Assembly (NCBI RefSeq): GCF_001949145.1
Contig: NW_019091356.1
Span: forward strand, 522,938-586,937
Direction: 5' to 3'
From: Acanthaster planci
Taxonomy: Eukaryota
DNA: 64,000 nt
Shown: one piece after another, positions 63,501 through 64,000 of the stretch
Layout: every line of letters starts with the position of its first letter
Numbering within the stretch: position 1 is the stretch's first letter
Position numbers and translations under genes: made by a program
The notes under the pieces: generated by a model
What the model saw: the letters and a program-made list of their open reading frames with translations, nothing else
Database searches by the model: none
Told to the model about the DNA's origin: nothing

Positions 63501-63936
63501 TGACTGAGAATGGAGTTCACACTGGCCAAGAGGTGCCCATGTGGAATGCTCCTACACTCTATTGTGGTAAGTTCAATTCTCATCAGGTCTCTACAAAGTC
63601 TGTTTGTTGCTATGCAACAGACTATATGTAAATTTCAATTGAATGTACACAATCATTACATCATTGCATAAAGGGTTGTGTGCCCGAGTAGTCACATGAC
63701 AGATGTGACACTGTAGTGTCTGTATAGACAGGTTTTTTTCTTTTTTTTTCATTTCTAAGCATGTGAGAGATACATGCAATCTTACTGGGTTGGTCTTTTC
63801 ATTATAATGTCATTCATCCACATTATAAGCAGAGTGTATGTATTTTTGAATGCCTTTAGCACACAGGAATCTTTGAATCAGTTGTTCTGATAAATGCTCA
63901 GTTAACATTTTTTTGGGTTTGAATATTGCAGAGTAA
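48488..63936 (+). CDS. Secreted mosaic protein: SP - FN3x5 - PPPP - RGM_N-like - FN3x2 (Neogenin FN5/FN6-like) - thyroglobulin type-1 x2, ~957 aa, spliced
   Basis: 18 exons chain in frame, with one ambiguous junction at 61425/61430. No TM or GPI signal seen. Terminal exon ttgcAG|AG TAA. Confidence 0.8.
48690..48702. promoter_or_regulatory. RFX X-box-like motif in intron 1 of gene 2
   Basis: GTTGCTAAGCAAC, ~120 bp after exon 1. Confidence 0.4.
51734..51922 (+). CDS. Gene 2: FN3 #1 N-part
   Basis: SPTSIRVEWDDP...VVRGYRIQYK...GNSYDID; phase 1-1. Confidence 0.88.
52334..52426 (+). CDS. Gene 2: FN3 #1 C-part
   Basis: GLTESCGDYLIRMSTASSKGLSRYS; GTAAGT donor. Confidence 0.85.
52632..52901 (+). 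CDS. Gene 2: FN3 #2
   Basis: SGPQNL...VTWSPP...GYQLKYG...DLLPGTSYILTL. Confidence 0.88.
54041..54337 (+). CDS. Gene 2: FN3 #3
   Basis: PSAPANLKA...WSP...LTPGEEYVFKVASVNSVGQSEP. Confidence 0.9.
55016..55333 (+). CDS. Gene 2: FN3 #4
   Basis: ALITWTRP...ITGYIVGFG...LKPGSDYMVTIQAYNDVGDG. Confidence 0.9.
55858..56142 (+). CDS. Gene 2: FN3 #5
   Basis: PSPPQGV...IIVRW...GYRVTYG...LQPDTFYYIKVHKFNAAGRGE. Confidence 0.9.
56595..56606 (+). CDS. Gene 2: 12-nt microexon (PPPP)
   Basis: ~45-nt T-rich tract + cAG, CAG|GTAAGT consensus donor, phase 1-1. Confidence 0.72.
57160..57411 (+). CDS. Gene 2: RGM N-terminal-like (repulsive guidance molecule) 6-Cys domain + short linker
   Basis: C-x5-C-x15-C-x8-C-x7-C-x21-C with F, Y, D, Y, V-x-GI at RGM-conserved positions; phase 1-1. 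Confidence 0.82.
57951..58028. repeat. Tandem repeat, 26 bp x3
   Basis: AGCTGAAGTT(A/G)AACCTACTGCTT(C/T)CT. Confidence 0.9.
58048..58195. repeat. Tandem repeat, 48 bp x3 (perfect)
   Basis: AGCAGTGTTCATATTGGTTCCAAATTTGTCCAACTTGTTTGTAGTGTC. Confidence 0.92.
59994..60144 (+). CDS. Gene 2: FN3 #6 N-half (Neogenin FN5-like)
   Basis: PPPSQLSATVLSSTSALLSWYDETL...VTDSRFYNVVYR; phase 1-2. Confidence 0.9.
60436..60584 (+). CDS. Gene 2: FN3 #6 C-half
   Basis: TNYVVDFLLPGVPFEFSVQL...RSEMS; phase 2-1. Confidence 0.9.
60744..60857 (+). CDS. Gene 2: FN3 #7 N-part (Neogenin FN6-like)
   Basis: RPERFSVT...VILNWLPP; C|GTAAGT. Confidence 0.85.
61213..61425 (+). CDS. Gene 2: FN3 #7 C-part (3' end 61425 or 61430)
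   Basis: YKIEYT...WDSLTVDGSEITASLEGL...YHVRITA...GP; donor ambiguous. Confidence 0.82.
61886..62051 (+). CDS. Gene 2: thyroglobulin type-1-like domain #1, first exon (divergent)
   Basis: KQCDETE...VPIPYCDDEFGVEECHGL; TT|GTGAGT. Confidence 0.75.
62327..62379 (+). CDS. Gene 2: thyroglobulin type-1-like domain #1, second exon
   Basis: CFCIPG...HC (CWCV-like), phase 2-1, GTAAGT. Confidence 0.78.
62810..62960 (+). CDS. Gene 2: thyroglobulin type-1 domain #2, first exon
   Basis: PPCHREY...LPHCRSDGYYYPKQCSGT. Confidence 0.9.
63180..63430. mobile_element. MITE with ~29-bp terminal inverted repeats
   Basis: CTGGGGCCAATTTCATAGAGCTGCTCAAG vs reverse complement of right end CTTGGGCCAATTTCATAGAGCTACTTAAG; no clear TSD. 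Confidence 0.75.
63490..63566 (+). CDS. Gene 2: thyroglobulin type-1 domain #2, second exon
   Basis: CYCVTENG...LYC; G|GTAAGT. Confidence 0.9.
63932..63936 (+). CDS. Gene 2: probable terminal exon start (E-stop)
   Basis: T-rich tract + ttgcAG, then (G)AG TAA. Near the window edge, so a further downstream exon cannot be excluded. Confidence 0.5.
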
Positions 63937-64000
63937 CATCTTGCCAGCTAGTCTCTAATGCCACCTGTGGATCTAAATCTGAGATCCATGTTCTCTTGAC

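Noticed and set aside
562..63779. Remaining short ORFs in the six-frame track
   Set aside because: Intronic or UTR, no recognisable domains or splice-consistent frames; many start at non-ATG codons.

Overview
Eukaryotic, intron-rich, AT-rich animal DNA. It is probably an invertebrate deuterostome such as an echinoderm; this is inferred from gene content and the abundant TACATGTA motif and is not proven. Two spliced + strand genes lie head-to-tail. All exon boundaries were read by eye from AG/GT signals and codon phase. Gene 1 (1443-42905; signal-peptide exon upstream of the window) is a Neogenin/DCC/Frazzled receptor with 4 Ig, 6 FN3, a TM helix and the P1/P2/P3 motifs. It is unusual in three ways: Ig3 lacks both cysteines, a 70-aa juxtamembrane segment holds 29 Cys, and about 800 aa of symmetric phase-1 exons separate P1 from P2. 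Gene 2 (48488-~63936) appears to be a complete secreted mosaic protein of about 957 aa: signal peptide, 5 FN3, a PPPP microexon, an RGM N-terminal-like domain, 2 FN3 and 2 thyroglobulin type-1 domains. Its FN3 domains match Neogenin FN3/FN4(x4)/FN5/FN6 in sequence and intron positions. It therefore looks like a local duplicate of the Neogenin ligand-binding region, with the BMP-binding module of Neogenin's own ligand RGM inserted in the FN4-FN5 linker. Two MITEs, two short tandem repeats, RFX X-box motifs and Nova-type YCAY clusters are also present. Most entries in the supplied ORF track are spurious.
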